Assembly (NCBI GenBank): GCA_951406725.2
Contig: OX597842.1
Coordinates: forward strand, 21,886,001 to 21,950,000
Direction of reading: 5' to 3'
DNA length: 64,000 nucleotides
From: Octopus vulgaris
Taxonomy: Eukaryota
In this document: one piece after another, positions 26,518 to 42,972 of the stretch
Position numbering within the stretch: the stretch's first letter is position 1
Layout: every line of letters begins with the position of its first letter
Translations under genes and position numbers: made by a program
Notes under the pieces: model-generated
Told to the model about the DNA's origin: nothing
Databases searched by the model: none
Seen by the model: only the letters and a program-made list of their open reading frames with translations

Positions 26518-27160
26518 GATATAATTGTTACCTCAGTTACCTGCTAGAAGCAAAGTTCTTATTAATACACTTAATATTGGGGGTGTGGGGGAGATTAGTA
26601 TCAACCTCTGTTTTCGATGGATCTTTATTTTGATTCCGAAGCAATGAAACGTAAAATTGACATCACCGGGATTTGAGCTCAGAACATAAAAAAACACAAG
26701 AAATACTGCATGGCGTAAATAGTTGCTGTTAATTTTGGTACAGTGCTACGAATTCGTTTCGGTATTTCAAGCAAACCATTATATGTTTTGTATATTCCCC
26801 GTTTACACAAGTTTTGTAACGGTTCTTTTTAGGGTCAGATATTCTTTGATCTCGTCTAAAATTATCGACTTTTCTCGATGAATTTCTACTTTTGTATCAA
26901 AACTGCTGGGGGAAAGACTCTACGGAGGATAAGGAGTGATATTAAATGGTGAGTAAAGTAATAATTTCATTTTGTTTTTATATTAGACTGATGAAATGAG
27001 TTCCAGGCATAAAAAACAAGTAAGTTCTGGGGTCGATCCAGTCTCACTACAGATTCTTCAAGGCGATGCCCCAGCATGATGGCAGTCTAATGACAGAAAT
27101 AAGTAAAAGATAGTAATAATAAGAAGCAGAATTATAATTATATATATATATACACACACA

Positions 27161-27871
27161 CAGTTGTAAAGCGCCCCTCCTCCCCGTCCAAGGACGGTGA
27201 TGAGTTGTCAAACATTTAAACCAAATTTTCTCAAGGCAACTTCTCCGACCGCTCCATAGGCCTTTGAGAAACACTGATTTAACCTAAATTAGGGACACCA
27301 GCAAAAGAAGAAATAAAGATAGACTTTTTTCTATTCCAAAGAAAAACGATTTTATTCACAAAAATATGCAACCGAAGAGTTTAAAGTACCAGTAATTATA
27401 AGGAGAACACAAACATGGTTTAAACAGTTCTTTTCATTAAAAAATAATTAAGCATGCCAAAATTAAAAAAAAAACTTTTGGGTTTATTAAACAAAGTTAA
27501 GGCAAAGAAAAAAAAACTTCTTGAGAAACGAAATAGTCTCTCCTTCCTTCATGCCAAGTTTGAAGAAAATATCTCTTTTGCATCTTACATTTTTGGTCTC
27601 TTAAATATACTGCATTTTGTGGCATTATTTCAAGCTAGCCAGCACAAACTGCATGTGCATTTTTCTTGCGTACGTGTAGTATCGATCACAACAGATGATG
27701 TACTTGCGCATATAAATGCACGTTCCCATCGCTTTATCGATTTTTGTAATTTTTTCAAGACTTATACACGTCCTGATACCTTCGGCATCTACATATCGAA
27801 TTAGGCTGCAATCAGATTGAGGATGCCCGAGATCCTAGAGGACACACAGACGGAACAGATTTTATATTATA
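27161..27871 (-). mobile_element. Type-B-specific repeat, Helitron-like 5' end on the minus strand (paralogs 48051-48796, 60696-61446)
   Basis: Reverse complement begins TATAATATAAAATCTGTTCCGTCTGTGTGTCC, resembling Helitron 5' ends; bounded by TA/CA microsatellites; no CTAG end seen. Confidence 0.4.
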
Positions 27872-27905
27872 AATATATATACGTATGTATACATATATAT
27901 ATATA

Positions 27906-28185
27906 TTAGAAAAAAAACTACCTTTTATCAATTCAAAATGAACAATTAAATTACACCATCTAGAAAATTACATATAATAGAAATATTAAAATTAAAATAA
28001 CCATAAAATATCCATGATTAAGTAAATTGCAAAAAAATAATAAGAACATATATAATGGGTAGAATAACGACACGTCATTGATATTTTATTGTTATTTTAA
28101 TTTTAATAATTCTATTATATGTAATTTTCTAGATGGTGTAATTTAATTGTTCATTTTGAATTGATAAAAGGTGGGTTTTTTCTAA
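27906..28185. repeat. AT-rich palindrome, ~100-bp arms and ~70-bp loop (paralogs 48817-49093, 61501-61780)
   Basis: TTAGAAAAAAAACTACCTTTTATCAATTCAAAATGAACAATTAAATTACACCATCTAGAAAATTACATATAATAG... and its near-exact reverse complement. Confidence 0.92.
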
Positions 28186-30231
28186 TTTTTCATATATATA
28201 TATATTATATTGTGAAATTTGATTTAGTATTTCTAAATTGAATTTTTTTCCTTGTGAGTTTGGATTTATATTCCCTCAAATAATTTTTATATGTATGTAT
28301 ATATATATATCATGGTGATCTGTATAAGGGGCATCTATACTGCTTTGCATAAAAGACACCCATACATGTACCATGTGAGAAGATCTCAACACAGTCTCTA
28401 AAGTGGTTGGCGTTAAGAAGAGTGTCCAGCTGTAGAAAGCAATCTAAATCAGGCAGGAACTGGGGGCAGCACCCCTGTTTGCCAGCCCAGGTCAAACCAA
28501 CCAACCCAGGGAAGCATGGTAAATGGACATTAAATGTAAAAAGCTGTGCGAAAACTGACCTTGCCTGTGATCTTGCCACTTAAAATGTAGTCAATACACT
28601 CTGTAGTATGGTTGGTGTTAGGAAGAGCATCCAGCTTAAAAGCTGAGCCAAAACAGACACACAAGTCTGGGGCAGTCTTCTGACTGACCACTTCCTACCA
28701 AACCATCCAACAGATACTGGTATTGAAGGTGGACATTAAATGAAGGGGATCAGGAAACGAGAATCCTGGCAGTTTGCTGTGTTTGAAAAGACACATCAAG
28801 CTAAGTAAAAGCATGGTTGCCCTTGCATACAAGCTTGTCCCTTGCAACCCCCTCCAGCTGAGCATCCCTAATCTTGCACGCTCATGGGTGCTGATACCAC
28901 GTAAAAAAACACCCAGTACATTGTGTAAAGGGTTTGTGTTAGAAAGGGCATCCAGCAATAGAAACTATTTTAAGATAGAGATGGGGCCTGATCAGCCCTT
29001 CAGCTGGTTAGCTCCTTTCAAACCATTCAACCCATGCCAGTGTCTAAAATGGAATTTAAATGATGATGAAGTAATAATTTTAAATTTGTATATAGACATT
29101 GCAGTATGCCATTTAAAGGCTGCTCACTGTATTTGGCTATCTGATGTCATCAACAATATGGATTTAAATGACAATGGATTTACTGTAGGAATTCTTTCAT
29201 GTCCATAGAGTTTAAACAATGAAAGGAAAGGAAATAGAATTTACAAGTCTATGATACTCTGTGATCATTTCAACCCATCATGCACCATTGCCTTGCAGGT
29301 GTGTCTTGTCAGGTGTGCTTTGTCAGGTGACTTTTCAAAAGGTACCACATAATTTAATTTCTGTTTTCCTTTTTTGGATTAGAATTCTTTCGGGTAGTTC
29401 GAATGTGTCAAGCATTTTTCAGTTCCCATCTACCACATCCTCTCACAAGGCTTTGTTTGGCCACTCTGGGACTAAACCCAGGACCATGTGGTTGGGAAGC
29501 CAACATCTTACCACACAACCATCCCTGCACTTCTATAGCCATGTCTATATAAAAATGTAGTAAAACTCTCACTGTTTTAATCTCTCTAATTCCGAATTAT
29601 CTTGTATGTTTTACACTGTTGTTTCTCTTTCGTTTCAGATTATCAGATGACATCTGCTTCACAAGAGTTTTATATAAGCAACGTCATTAGAATGGAAAGT
29701 CTTTTGAAGACTGAGCAAAGATGTTATACAAAACACGTATAACCCTGTTTCTATAAATATTTACTGAATTACTGCAAAATATATCTTCTGAACTCTGACA
29801 TATGTTATGAAATTTCTCTTCTTTATTGTCTGGAGTACACAGAAAATTATATTTGTATTTGAAGTATTCCTTTAGCATTTGTACTGGCCGTATCAGTCCC
29901 AAACGTTCAAGCTAATTTATGTTAAAACTGCCCACATCTGGCCTCTTATACTCACCTGGCAATGTCATATAAACATAAAGAGTCACATCGTTGAAATCTT
30001 AAAGCAATAAGATAATGAATGATTAATTCAGAAGAATTTGAATAAATAATCATTACATTCGACAGAGTAATCTGCGTGTTAATGAGAAGTAATTAAGAAG
30101 GCAGTTTGCAGCATCTTCAGATATTAACAAAGATCACTTTTGATGGAGATATATCAGTAGAAATATTTGTTCAGAGCAATATACGAGAAGAAGGAAAACC
30201 TTTGTGTACTGTGACGAGAGAAAGGAAAATT

Positions 30232-31433
30232 ATGGAAAATGAATTACGTAGGAGTGAAGTTGAATGTAAAAGAGAGTCTGAAGAAATTGATTTTTCTGAT
30301 GAGGAGAAGAATGAAAAGGGCAAAACAGCATTTGATTGTGATATCTGTGGCAAGTCGTTCTCTCGGAAAGCTAAGTTAGTCATTCACGAACGTACTCATA
30401 CAGGAGAAAAACCATATCACTGTGAAATCTGTGGTAAATCTTTCTCTCGAAACGAAAACTTAACTAGGCACAAGAGTGGTGTTCACACTGGAGAAGCACC
30501 ATATCACTGTGAAATCTGTGACAAATCGTTTTCTCAAAACGATCACTTAACTATGCACAGGCGTGTTCATACAGGAGAAAAACCATATCACTGTGAACTC
30601 TGTGGTAAATCTTTCTCTCGAAATGATACCTTAACCAAGCACAAGCGTGTTCATACAGGAGAAAAACCATATCACTGTGATATCTGTGGTAAAATATTAT
30701 CTCAGAAAGGTAGCTTAGTCACTCACCGACGTATTCATACAGGAGAGAAGTCATATCACTGTGATGTTTGTGGTAAATCATTTTTTGATATTCATCATTT
30801 AACTACTCACAAACGCATTCATACAGGTGAGAAGCCATATCGCTGTGATATCTGTGATATATCATTCTCTCAAAGGTATAACTTAACTAGGCACAAATAC
30901 ATTCATACAGGAGAAAAACCATATCACTGTGATATCTGTGGTAAATCCTTTTCTCTAAACGATCACTTAACCAAGCACAAGCGTGTTCATACAGGAGAAA
31001 AACCATATCACTGTGAAATCTGTGGTAAATCTTTTCTCAAAACGATACCTTAACTATGCACAGGCGTGTTCATACAGGAGAAAAACCATATCACTGTGAA
31101 ATCTGTGGTAAATCTTTCTCTCAAAACGGTACCTTAACCAAGCACAAGCATCTTCATACAGGAGAGGCACCATATCACTGTGAAATATGTGGTAAATCCT
31201 TTTCTCAAAACGATCACTTAACTATGCACAGGCGTGTTCATACAGGAGAAAAACCATATCACTGTGAAATCTGTGGTAAGTCTTTCTCTCGAAACGATAC
31301 CTTAACCAAGCACAAGCATGTTCATACAGGAGAAAAACCATATCACTGTGAAATCTGTGGTAAGTCTTTCTCTCGAAACGATACCTTAACCAAGCACAAG
31401 CATGTTCATACAGACAGAGAACACATTTCATGA
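30232..31433 (+). CDS. C2H2 zinc-finger gene, 13 fingers, one 1-nt deletion at ~31031 (unit 4; pseudogene or assembly error)
   Basis: ORFs 30106..31053 and 31056..31433 join if one base is restored in AAATCTTTTCTC. Ends TDREHIS*; the last two fingers are identical 84-bp units. Confidence 0.8.
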
Positions 31434-32066
31434 GGAATAGATTCATTTCCCAAGGTACAGACTTCGTTTATGAGTTTTATTTTTCAAGCACAACATCCAA
31501 ATTTTGAAAGACTCTACTACCATAACAAATGCATCTGTGTCTTACCAAGAAGTTTATAAAGAGCAAAGGAATGCTTCTTAGTAAAATGCTCTAGACTTGT
31601 TTCTTGTGAATCAGTGGTCACGTCTACAAATGATGGTGTCCCTGAGTCTTTTCATAGTGATTCAGAAAACAATTATAATAATAATATTTTATCTATTCTA
31701 AATGATCTTGACATTGTTTTTGACTTTACATAAAATATTCTTTACATTCTACTGTTGTTTTATTGTCATTTATTTACAAGTATTATAAATTTTATTGGTA
31801 AAATATTTTTCTAGGAATGAATTACAATTTATAACATTGCTTCTATTGGAAATTATTGCTTTGCTTTATGAGTTTTCCCTTTAGGAGCAATCTCCAGGAA
31901 GAAATTAACTCATATATCAAGGCATTATTGTATTTGACATTATTTTGGCACAAGGCCAGCAATCTCAGGGGAAGGAGTAAGTTGAATAACCACATGGATC
32001 AGCATGTGTGCTTTTTACATGAACGAGCACAAATGCTTCTTTCAGGGAGTGGCATTGCACGATATA

Positions 32067-32462
32067 TCTATATATATAAAGCTGAAGTTGTCTGTTTGTG
32101 TGGCAGGTTTTGCAGCCTTCAACTAACACTTTCTCTACCGAGACACTGTGGCGTATGTTGACCAAAATTGAGAGTATGATAAAAGAAAGCTTGCCCTTCC
32201 TTCCGTAGAAGAGAAATTCAAATCGCACCATGTCAACACCAAAAATTATTTAGATCAGAATGGTGCTTTTTTTACTATGAGAATCCCTAATTTTTACGAT
32301 TCTTTGACTGCTGTGTCGCCGTTTTTCGGTATTTCAACCAGAAAAATGTTCACTTTTAGAGAATAACAAGCTACATAATGCAAGATTTTTACTTTTCGAA
32401 ATTACCAATTCTAAAGGGTCGAAAAGAAAATAAACCCGAGCAACGCTGGGCGATACTTCTAG
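32067..32462 (+). mobile_element. Non-autonomous Helitron (canonical ends)
   Basis: A|TC start, hairpin CCCGAGCAACGCTGGG, CTAG|T end. Confidence 0.87.
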
Positions 32463-33088
32463 TATATATATATGAAGCTGTGTAACTTCTCATATATATT
32501 TGAAGGTGCATGGCTCAATCGTGAGTTCAATTTCCATTCCTCTTCATTACATTGAACAATGTTAAAGGGTCAAAGTGAAATGCAGCCACATTTTCTCTAC
32601 AAAACTACTTTAAAACGTTTTCCAATGGCTGAATGACGAAACGTATTAATCTGGTTTCTGCCCTAAATATTCTGGTAAAGTAAGGAGGCATCTTGTACAC
32701 CAGCAAATACTCAGTGAAGTGCAAGTTAATTCGTAATTAGTCAACGCCGTTGCCAAACACTGAAGAATCTTGTTTAATAATTTGGCTAATTTAGTGAAAT
32801 TCAAAAGTTACTCCAATATTGATTCGGTGTAAGGAATGGAAACCTACTTATTTCCCCTTTAATTTCTATTTACTTTCTTAAATCTCCCATACTGAAGGAT
32901 TATGCTTATTAGAGCCATGCTATCCATGTCAACCGTGTACAATTACTAACATTTTCTCACACTAAACTATCCCTCTTACTAAAAATATCCTTCTTCTAGA
33001 GGATGGGGTTTAGTAAACTGGTACTTATTTTATCGACCCCGAAACGATGTAAGGCACAATCGACCGTGGTGGAATTTGAACTGGGAAC

Positions 33089-33311
33089 TGTGGGATGACG
33101 TCAGCGGCTAGGAAGCTGACCGGAAGAGGAAGGGTGCGTACAGAGTTGATGCGATTGCGCCCTTTTCGATCGGGGAAGTTGTGAGTGCAGGACGTGTCAG
33201 TGCTTCGACCAGATGAGGGATAGCAGCTGCTATTTTTAGCGTTTCGGGACGGGCCACGTGGAAGGGTACATTACCATCCGACAGATATGGGTCAACGAAG
33301 AGAAGGTACGT
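33089..33311 (+). promoter_or_regulatory. Putative type-A promoter and first exon (unit 5)
   Basis: TGACGTCA, CCGGAAG and CACGTG; ATG at 33287; donor GT at 33306; inside the split SINE 33018-33413. Confidence 0.65.
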
Positions 33312-33449
33312 GTCTTACTTCTAATCTCCCGCATTCACTACGAACGTAGCGACGGTCGAAATAGCGGTTAGCATTTCGTCCGGCGTGCTAACGATCCTGC
33401 CAGCTCGCCGCCCTGCAAAATACGTTAGATGCTTTGGGCACATAGGTTG

Positions 33450-33545
33450 TCCAAGCGGTCACCCATCTAAGTACCCTACAGGCTGGACATTGCTTCACTT
33501 CGGTGATCAGGCGAGACAAGGTGCAATCAGCATTATATGGCTGTT
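33450..33545 (-). pseudogene. 5S rRNA pseudogene or 5S-derived fragment
   Basis: Paralog of 9165-9261; retains GATCACCGAAGTGAAGCAA and GTACTTAGATGGGTGACCGC. Confidence 0.85.
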
Positions 33546-34679
33546 ATAACAATATTAACAGTTTCAAAACATTCGCATTTTCTGAAGGTGGTAAAGTAGA
33601 GTTTGGTCAGTCGCTCGTACAAGTTATTCTCCTTGATATAATTGTTTCTTCAGTTAACTGCTAGGAGTATAGTTTTTATTAAAAGGCCTACTGATGGTGC
33701 TTTGGGGGACTTAGTAACTACCATCGACCTCTTCTATTGACTGGGTCTTTATTTTATTCATCCCAAAGCAATGAAAGGTAATATTGACATCGGTGGGATT
33801 TCGTTTCGGTAATTAAAGCAAACCAATGTATGTTTTATACATTCCCTTTTTTATAAGTTTTTGTCAGTGATATTTCTGGTGTCAGATATTCTTTGATCTC
33901 GTCTGAAATTAATGATTTTTCTTGATGAATTTCTACTTTTGTATCAAAACTGAAGGGGAAAGGACTATTTCGAAGATAACGAGTGAGATTAAATTGAGAG
34001 TGAAGTAATAATTTCTTCTTATTTTATATTAAAATTCGTTTTCTCTTTGTACAAACCTGTTTTAGTGGGAAATCTTAACAATATTCAAGATTTCTTTACA
34101 TTTTCCCGATCATAAATGCTATTTGTAAACCTGCTGAAATTATGAAGATTAAGTTATTTATAGAAAAATATGTTTTTATGAAATTTGTTATAAATACCAT
34201 TCAGAATGTGTATATTAGAATTCTATCGGAATTTAATATGAAAATATAAATTTGGTGGGCTCGTACACATGAAAGTTAAAATTTTTAAATAAATTCTGGA
34301 TTTGTCTCAGTATGTATGTGTATCTTTGTGTTAGTGTTTCTTCCCCTCCCATTCCCGCTTAACAAACGGTGTTGGTATATTTACATCCCTGGAACTTTCG
34401 GCAGCAGACTGATAAAATGAGTGCCAGGCATAAAAAAACAAATACATATATATATATCATGGTGATCTATGTAAAGGGCATCTATACTGCTCTGCATAAA
34501 AAACACCCATACTAGGACCATGTCAGAAGATCTCAATACAATCTCTAAAGTGGTGGGCATTAAGAAGAGTGTCCAGCTGTAGAAAGCAATCTAAATCAGG
34601 CAGGAACTGGGGCAGCACTCCTGTTTGCCAGCACAGGTCAAACCAACCAACCCAGGGAAGCATGGTAAATGGACATTAA

Positions 34680-35710
34680 CCCTTTCCTTACTATATTTCT
34701 GACTAAAATACACCCCTCATGAGTTTCAATTAAATTCTAAAATAATCATGAATCTAGGCTTGTTTCATTAAATAACTGTAACTTTTTTACTTATCAACAT
34801 CTTAATGTGATATTTGGAACATAATTAAAGAATGGGTTCTTAATCAATTCTGCTGCATAACTTTTGTCTCAAAGTGACTTTAATTACAGGTAAATTGAGC
34901 AAAAGTTAAAAATATTAAAATTTTAAATTGAGCAAAAGGTAAAAAATTAAAATTTTGTTTAAACATCACCATAGAAAATGAATCATCAGCTAATATTCAA
35001 ATGGGTATGCAACAAAATTTTGATAAAGAAGAATTGTGCACATCACTATATCATCAGTTGAATTTAATGCACAACAGGTGTACCATAAAGGTGGAATAAA
35101 CTGAAATATTGGAATCCACCGTATGTTTGACCGAACTAAAGAAATCGGTCAAAAGATAATATACGGCCCTGGTTATGGTATGGAAGTGATAAATTCCAGA
35201 CCACATCGTTCCCTAGGCCATGCTGACTAACATTATTTTCCCTGTATAAAAACTAAATCCACGCAGTACCCAGTATTTGCTTCACAAATTTTCACAAATT
35301 TGAACCCCCATTTTGTGTTTGTTTCCGCATTGATCGCTTTAAACAATAACTTCCAGACCACATCATACCCTAAACCATGCTGACTAACATTAGTTTCCTT
35401 GTATAAAAACTAGTACCCAGTATTTGTTTCACAAATTTTCCAATTCGGAATCAATGCTTGATAACGAGAAACTCCTACCTATTTTCAAAGTTGAAGAAAA
35501 ATCGATGCCGAAAAAAATGTGGAAAGAAATTTCCCAAAATTTCAGGGAATTAAAATTACACGTCGATCATTGTACAAAACTGTAGATGAACAGTTTAGGA
35601 AGTATAATCACGTGTTTTCACGAATGTACTAAAGAGATTTGCTCTGATATTCTCATTTAAAAATGAATAGGTAAATTCGGGCGGCTTTGGTCGGTTTGGT
35701 AACGAAAGGG
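34680..35710. mobile_element. piggyBac-like non-autonomous DNA transposon (same insertion as 10412)
   Basis: TTAA|CCCTTTCC ... CGAAAGGG|TTAA at the paralogous site. Confidence 0.88.
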
Positions 35711-36301
35711 TTAAATGTAAAAAGCTGTGCCAAAACTGACCTTGCCTGTGATCTTGCCACTTGAAATGTACTCAATACCCTCTGTAGTATGGTTGGTGTT
35801 AGGAAGAGCATCCAGCTGTAAAAGCTGAGCCAAAACAGACACACAAGTCTGGGGCAGTCTTCTGACTGACCACCTCCTACCAAACCATCCAGCAGATACT
35901 GGTATTGAATGCGGCCATTAAATGATGGGGATCAGGAAACGAGAATCCTGGCAGTTTGCTGTGTTTGAAAAGACACAGCAAGCTAAGTAAAAGCAGGGTG
36001 CCCTTGCATACAAGCTTGTCCCTTGCAACCCCCTCCAGCTGAGCATCCCTAATCCTGCAGGCTCATGGGTGCTGATACCACGTAAAAAGCACCCAGTGGT
36101 ACTGCGTAATATCACCCAGTACATTCTGTAAAGGGTTTGTGTTAGAAAGGGCATCCAGCAATAGAAACTATTTTAAGATAGAGATGGGGCCTGATCAGCC
36201 CTTCAGCTGGTTAGCTCTTTTCAAATCATCCAACCCATGCCAGTGTGTAAAATGGAATTTAAATGATGATGAAGTAATAATTTTAAATTTATATATACAC
36301 C

Positions 36302-36590
36302 TTATAGTATACCATTGCCTTTCTGAGCAAATAATTTGCCACAGATATCACAGTGATATGGCTTCTCACCTGTATGGACGCGTCTGTGCCTAGTCAAGCC
36401 TTGATTTCGAGAGAATGATCTACCACAGGTATCACAATGATATGGCTTCTCTCCTGTATGAATACGTCGGTGAGTGAGTAGGTTAGTTTTCCGAGAGAAT
36501 AATTTACCACAGGTATCACAATCATATGATGTTTTGCCCTCTTTATTCTCTACATCATCAGATAAATCAATTATTTTAGATAGCCTTCCC
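36302..36590 (-). pseudogene. Antisense C2H2 ZNF fragment (leader + 2.5 fingers)
   Basis: ORF 36302..36592. Confidence 0.87.
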
Positions 36591-37877
36591 ACTGTATTTG
36601 GCTATCTGATGTCATCTACAGTATGGATATAAATGACACTGGATTTATTTGAGGAATTCCTTCATGTCAGTAGAGTTTAAAACATGAGAGAAAGAGAAAT
36701 AAAATAGAATTTCCAAGACTAGTATTCCCTATGATTGTTTCAACCCATCGTGCATCTGTGCCTCGCAGGTGAGATTCTGTACGAACAGTTGTGGGGCATC
36801 CTTTGATGCAGACATGTCCCATCAGGTGACTTATCAAATGGTTCCTCGTATTTAAATTTCTGTTTTGCTTATTTCGATAAGATTTCGTTTTGGTATTTGG
36901 GACAAGTCAAGCTTCTTTCAGTTTCCATCAAACATGGCTTGTATTGGCCACTCTGGGACTGAACCCAGGACCATGTGGTTGGGAAGCCAACTTCTTACCA
37001 CACGACCATCCCTGCACTTCTACAGCCATGTCTATATAAAAATGTAGTAAAACTTTCACTGCTTTAATCTCTCTAATTCCTAATTATCTTGTATGTTTTA
37101 CACTGTTGTTTCTCTTTCGTTTCAGATTATCAGATGACATCTGCTTCACAGAATTTTTACATAAGCAACGTCATTAGAATGGAAAGTCTTTTGAAGACTG
37201 AGCAAAGATGTTATACAAAACACGTATAACCCTGTTTCTATGAATATTTACTGAATTACTGCAAAATATATCTTCTGAACTCTGACATATATGTAGCAAA
37301 ATTTCTCTTCTTTATTGTCTGGAATACACAGAAAATTATATTTGCATATTAATTAATCATTTAGCATTTAAACTAGCACAAATATTGTGACCTCTCACAC
37401 TCACCTTGCAGTGTCAATTTAAACATAAACAATCAAATCACTGAAGTCTCAAAGCTATGAGATAATCCATGATTAATTCAAAACAATATGAATAAATAAG
37501 CATTACATTTCACAAAGGAATCTCAATGCTAAACGGTTAAACTGGCCATATTTTTGTGTGTTTTATATTCATACTAGCCAGATCCCACCCTTCACACCCA
37601 CCCTACAAGGTCATTCTAAAAATAAACAATCACAACATTGAAATCTGAACATGATAACATAATGAATGATTAATTCAGAAGAATTTCAATAAACATTATA
37701 TTTGACAGAGTAATCTGAATGTTAATGAGTTAAAGCAATTAAGAAGGCAGGTTGCAGCATCTTCAGATATTAACAAAGATCACTTTTTATGGAGATATAT
37801 CAGTAGAAATATTTGTTCAGAGCAATATACGAGAAGAAGGAAATCCTTTGTGAACTGTGACGAGAGAAAGGAAAATT

Positions 37878-39921
<2,044 letters not shown>

Positions 39922-40554
39922 GGAATAGATTCATTTCCCAAGTTACAGACATTGTTTATGAGTTTTATTTTTCAAGCACAACATCCAATTTTTGAAAGTT
40001 TCTACTACCATAACAAATGCATCTGTGTCTTACCAAGAAGTTTATAAAGAGCAAAGGAATGCTTCTCAGTAAACAACTCTAGACTTGTTTCTTGTGAATC
40101 AGTGGTCACGTCTACAAATGATGCTGTCCCTGAGTCTTTTCAAAGTGATTCAGAAAACAAGTATAATAATAATATTTTGTCTATTCTAAATGATCTTGAC
40201 ATTGTTTTTGACTTTACATAAAATATTCTTTACATTCTACTGTTGTTTTATTGTCATTTATTTACAAGTATTATAAATTTTATTGGTAAAATATTTTTCT
40301 AGAAATGAATTACAATTTATAACATTGCTTCTATGGGAAATTATTGCTTTGCTTTATGAGTTTTCCCTTTAGGAGCAATCTCCAGGAAGAAATTAACTCA
40401 TATATCAAGGCATTATTGTGTTTGACATTATTTTGGCACAAGGCCAGCAATTTCAGGGGAAGGAGTAAGTTGAATAACCACATGGATCAGCATGTGTGCT
40501 TTTTACATGAACTGGCACAAATGCTTCTTACAGGGAGTGGCATTGCACGATATA

Positions 40555-40927
40555 TCTATATATATAAAGCTGAAGTTGTCTGTGTGTGTGGCAGGTTTTC
40601 TAGCCTTCAACTAACACTATCTCTACTGAGACACTGAGGCGCAAGTTGACCAAAATTGAGAGTATGATAGAAGAAGGCTTGCTCTTCCTTCCGTAGAAGA
40701 AAAAATTCAAATAGGACTAAGTTAACACCAAAATTTATTTCCATCAAAAAGGTGCTTTTTTCTTCTATGAAAATCCCTATATATTATGATTCTTTGACTG
40801 CTGTGTTGCCATTTTTTTCTGGTGTATTTCAACCAGAAAAATGTTCACTTTCCTAGATAATGCAAAATTTTCAAAACTTCCAATTCTAAAGGGTCAGAAA
40901 AAAAAAACACCCGAGCAATGCCGGGCG

Positions 40928-40930
<3 letters not shown>
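40555..40930 (+). mobile_element. Non-autonomous Helitron copy (3' CTAG lost)
   Basis: TC start; hairpin CCCGAGCAATGCCGGG directly before the (TA)n tract. Confidence 0.72.

Positions 40931-42972
<2,042 letters not shown>

Noticed and set aside
31025-31045. Programmed frameshift in unit 4
   Set aside because: A single-base loss in a T/C run with no stimulatory structure; mutation or sequencing error is more likely.
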